Shown: positions 14,569-15,699 of the stretch, in pieces | How positions within the stretch are numbered: the first letter of the stretch is position 1 | Layout: each line of letters begins with the position of its first letter | Virus record (IMG/VR): IMGVR_UViG_3300017469_000161 | Span: 1 to 15,699 of that record | DNA: 15,699 nt | Strand: one strand, 5' to 3' | The notes under the pieces: generated by a model | Databases searched by the model: none | Told to the model about the DNA's origin: nothing | The model's input: only the letters and a program-made list of their open reading frames with translations | Program-made: the position numbers and the translations under genes

Positions 14569-14664
14569 GATGCATTTCTAAGCATTTGGCACGTCAATTG
14601 GGGTTGAATAGGGACAGTTTCAGCCAAACCAGTTAGACAGAACATGGCTAACTCCCGACGTTCA

Positions 14665-15699
14665 TCAACCAACGTTCACCACACGCAATGCCCAGATGGA
14701 ATAAATCAGAGCAACGACTGCAAGCACAACTGTTAGCAACACTATAGACATCGGGAAACCTATGGCAAGGAGGAAAGGTGCTACTGCAGTAATGTAAACA
14801 ACAGCCCCTAGTGCCATACTGTTCGGAATTGTCCTGAACACGAAACCGATGAAGAACGATACAAAGAATAGTATAGCAATTGCAGTAGCTCCTAGGAAAG
14901 GTGAATTCGCAATTGCATTAGTCAGGGAAACGACAGCAAACCGCTGATAAGTGAGGGGTATGGTAACAGTAGAATTCGTAGTCTTCACTGTAACATTTCC
15001 AGTAGTCATTGGTAACGTTACCGTATTTGGAGATGTAACGCTTTCAGATGACAGTACTGTGCCGTTAGATGCAGTAAATGTGACGTTCACATTAACGTTT
15101 GTCGGCGACGAAAGCACCAACTCAGGTTTATTTATAGAATAATTATAAATTAAGTACGCTGTCACACTGCTGTTTGAAGAGGGTATGGAATAATGAACCA
15201 ACCAAGGTGCTGTAAGATAAACACTACCATTGATTATAACACTTGCTTGATTAGGGTTAATGGTGGTTGTGGTGGTAGTTGTGGTTGTAGTGGTGGTGGT
15301 CGTTGGTGGTGATGATGATACGGTAGAAGATGATACCAAGTTAGGTTGATAATTAGCGTAGAAAGTCACTTTTTCAGATTGAGGGAGTATCACTACTCCA
15401 CCAGTGAGGGACTGATAATTCTGTTCTGGTACTCCGAAAGGAGAGATTACGAATGACTGAGATGGGGAAATTACTGTAAAAGTTAGTGTCGTTTCGTTAT
15501 ATGTTACGGATATAGGAGATGGAGACACTGCGAGGACTGGGACGTTATACGTTACATTATAAAATGAGAAAGATGCCCCTATGATACCATTAGTGCCTGG
15601 AATTGTGAGGTAGTTTTCGCCATCAACCAGCTGTGTGTTTTGGACTGTGATCGAAGTGTTTGTGATAGTGTAGGAGAGAGAGAACGGCGAATAGAAGTT
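14665..15699 (-). CDS. Partial CDS (start outside window): C-terminus of a large membrane-anchored glycoprotein with a Thr14 linker and about 3 terminal TM helices
   Basis: The frame stays open from 15699 (NFYSPFSLSYTITNTSITVQ...) into the listed 287-aa ORF, so GTG 15528 is internal. It has many N-X-S/T sequons and poly-Thr at 15262-15303. Confidence 0.85.
   Translation of the reverse strand, partial: NFYSPFSLSYTITNTSITVQNTQLVDGENYLTIPGTNGIIGASFSFYNVTYNVPVLAVSPSPISVTYNETTLTFTVISPSQSFVISPFGVPEQNYQSLTGGVVILPQSEKVTFYANYQPNLVSSSTVSSSPPTTTTTTTTTTTTTTINPNQASVIINGSVYLTAPWLVHYSIPSSNSSVTAYLIYNYSINKPELVLSSPTNVNVNVTFTASNGTVLSSESVTSPNTVTLPMTTGNVTVKTTNSTVTIPLTYQRFAVVSLTNAIANSPFLGATAIAILFFVSFFIGFVFRTIPNSMALGAVVYITAVAPFLLAIGFPMSIVLLTVVLAVVALIYSIWALRVVNVG

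Noticed and set aside
14522-14575. N-terminal 18-aa extension of the coat ORF in the ORF track
   Set aside because: It overlaps the BRE, TATA and palindrome; similarity to p131 begins at Met 14521.

Overview
AT-rich, gene-dense segment with archaeal (Sulfolobales-type) BRE/TATA promoters and GGTG-type ribosome binding sites. It most likely comes from a large tailed spindle-shaped virus of the Bicaudaviridae type (ATV/SMV/STSV-like). The assignment rests on a MoxR/RavA-type AAA+ ATPase coupled to a VWA protein with a long acidic linker (ATV p618/p892-like), a second AAA+ ATPase, and a clear ATV p131-like four-helix-bundle virion protein; these similarities are recalled, not searched. The window also encodes large Ser/Thr/Asn-rich membrane-anchored proteins, a GT-C-fold glycosyltransferase and a GtrA-like protein. 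Non-obvious structure: (i) a palindrome AAACA-NN-TGTTT (up to CTCAAACA-NN-TGTTTGAG) at five promoter regions, with its core also scattered inside genes; (ii) an exact 100-bp tandem duplication that frameshifts the VWA gene; (iii) IS200/IS605-end-like hairpin remnants in intergenic spaces, one flanked by an 11-bp duplication that preserves both a stop codon and an RBS; (iv) about 25-bp promoter-bearing direct repeats flanking the GtrA gene. No tRNA, rRNA, CRISPR array, integrase or transposase gene was seen, so free virus versus provirus cannot be decided.
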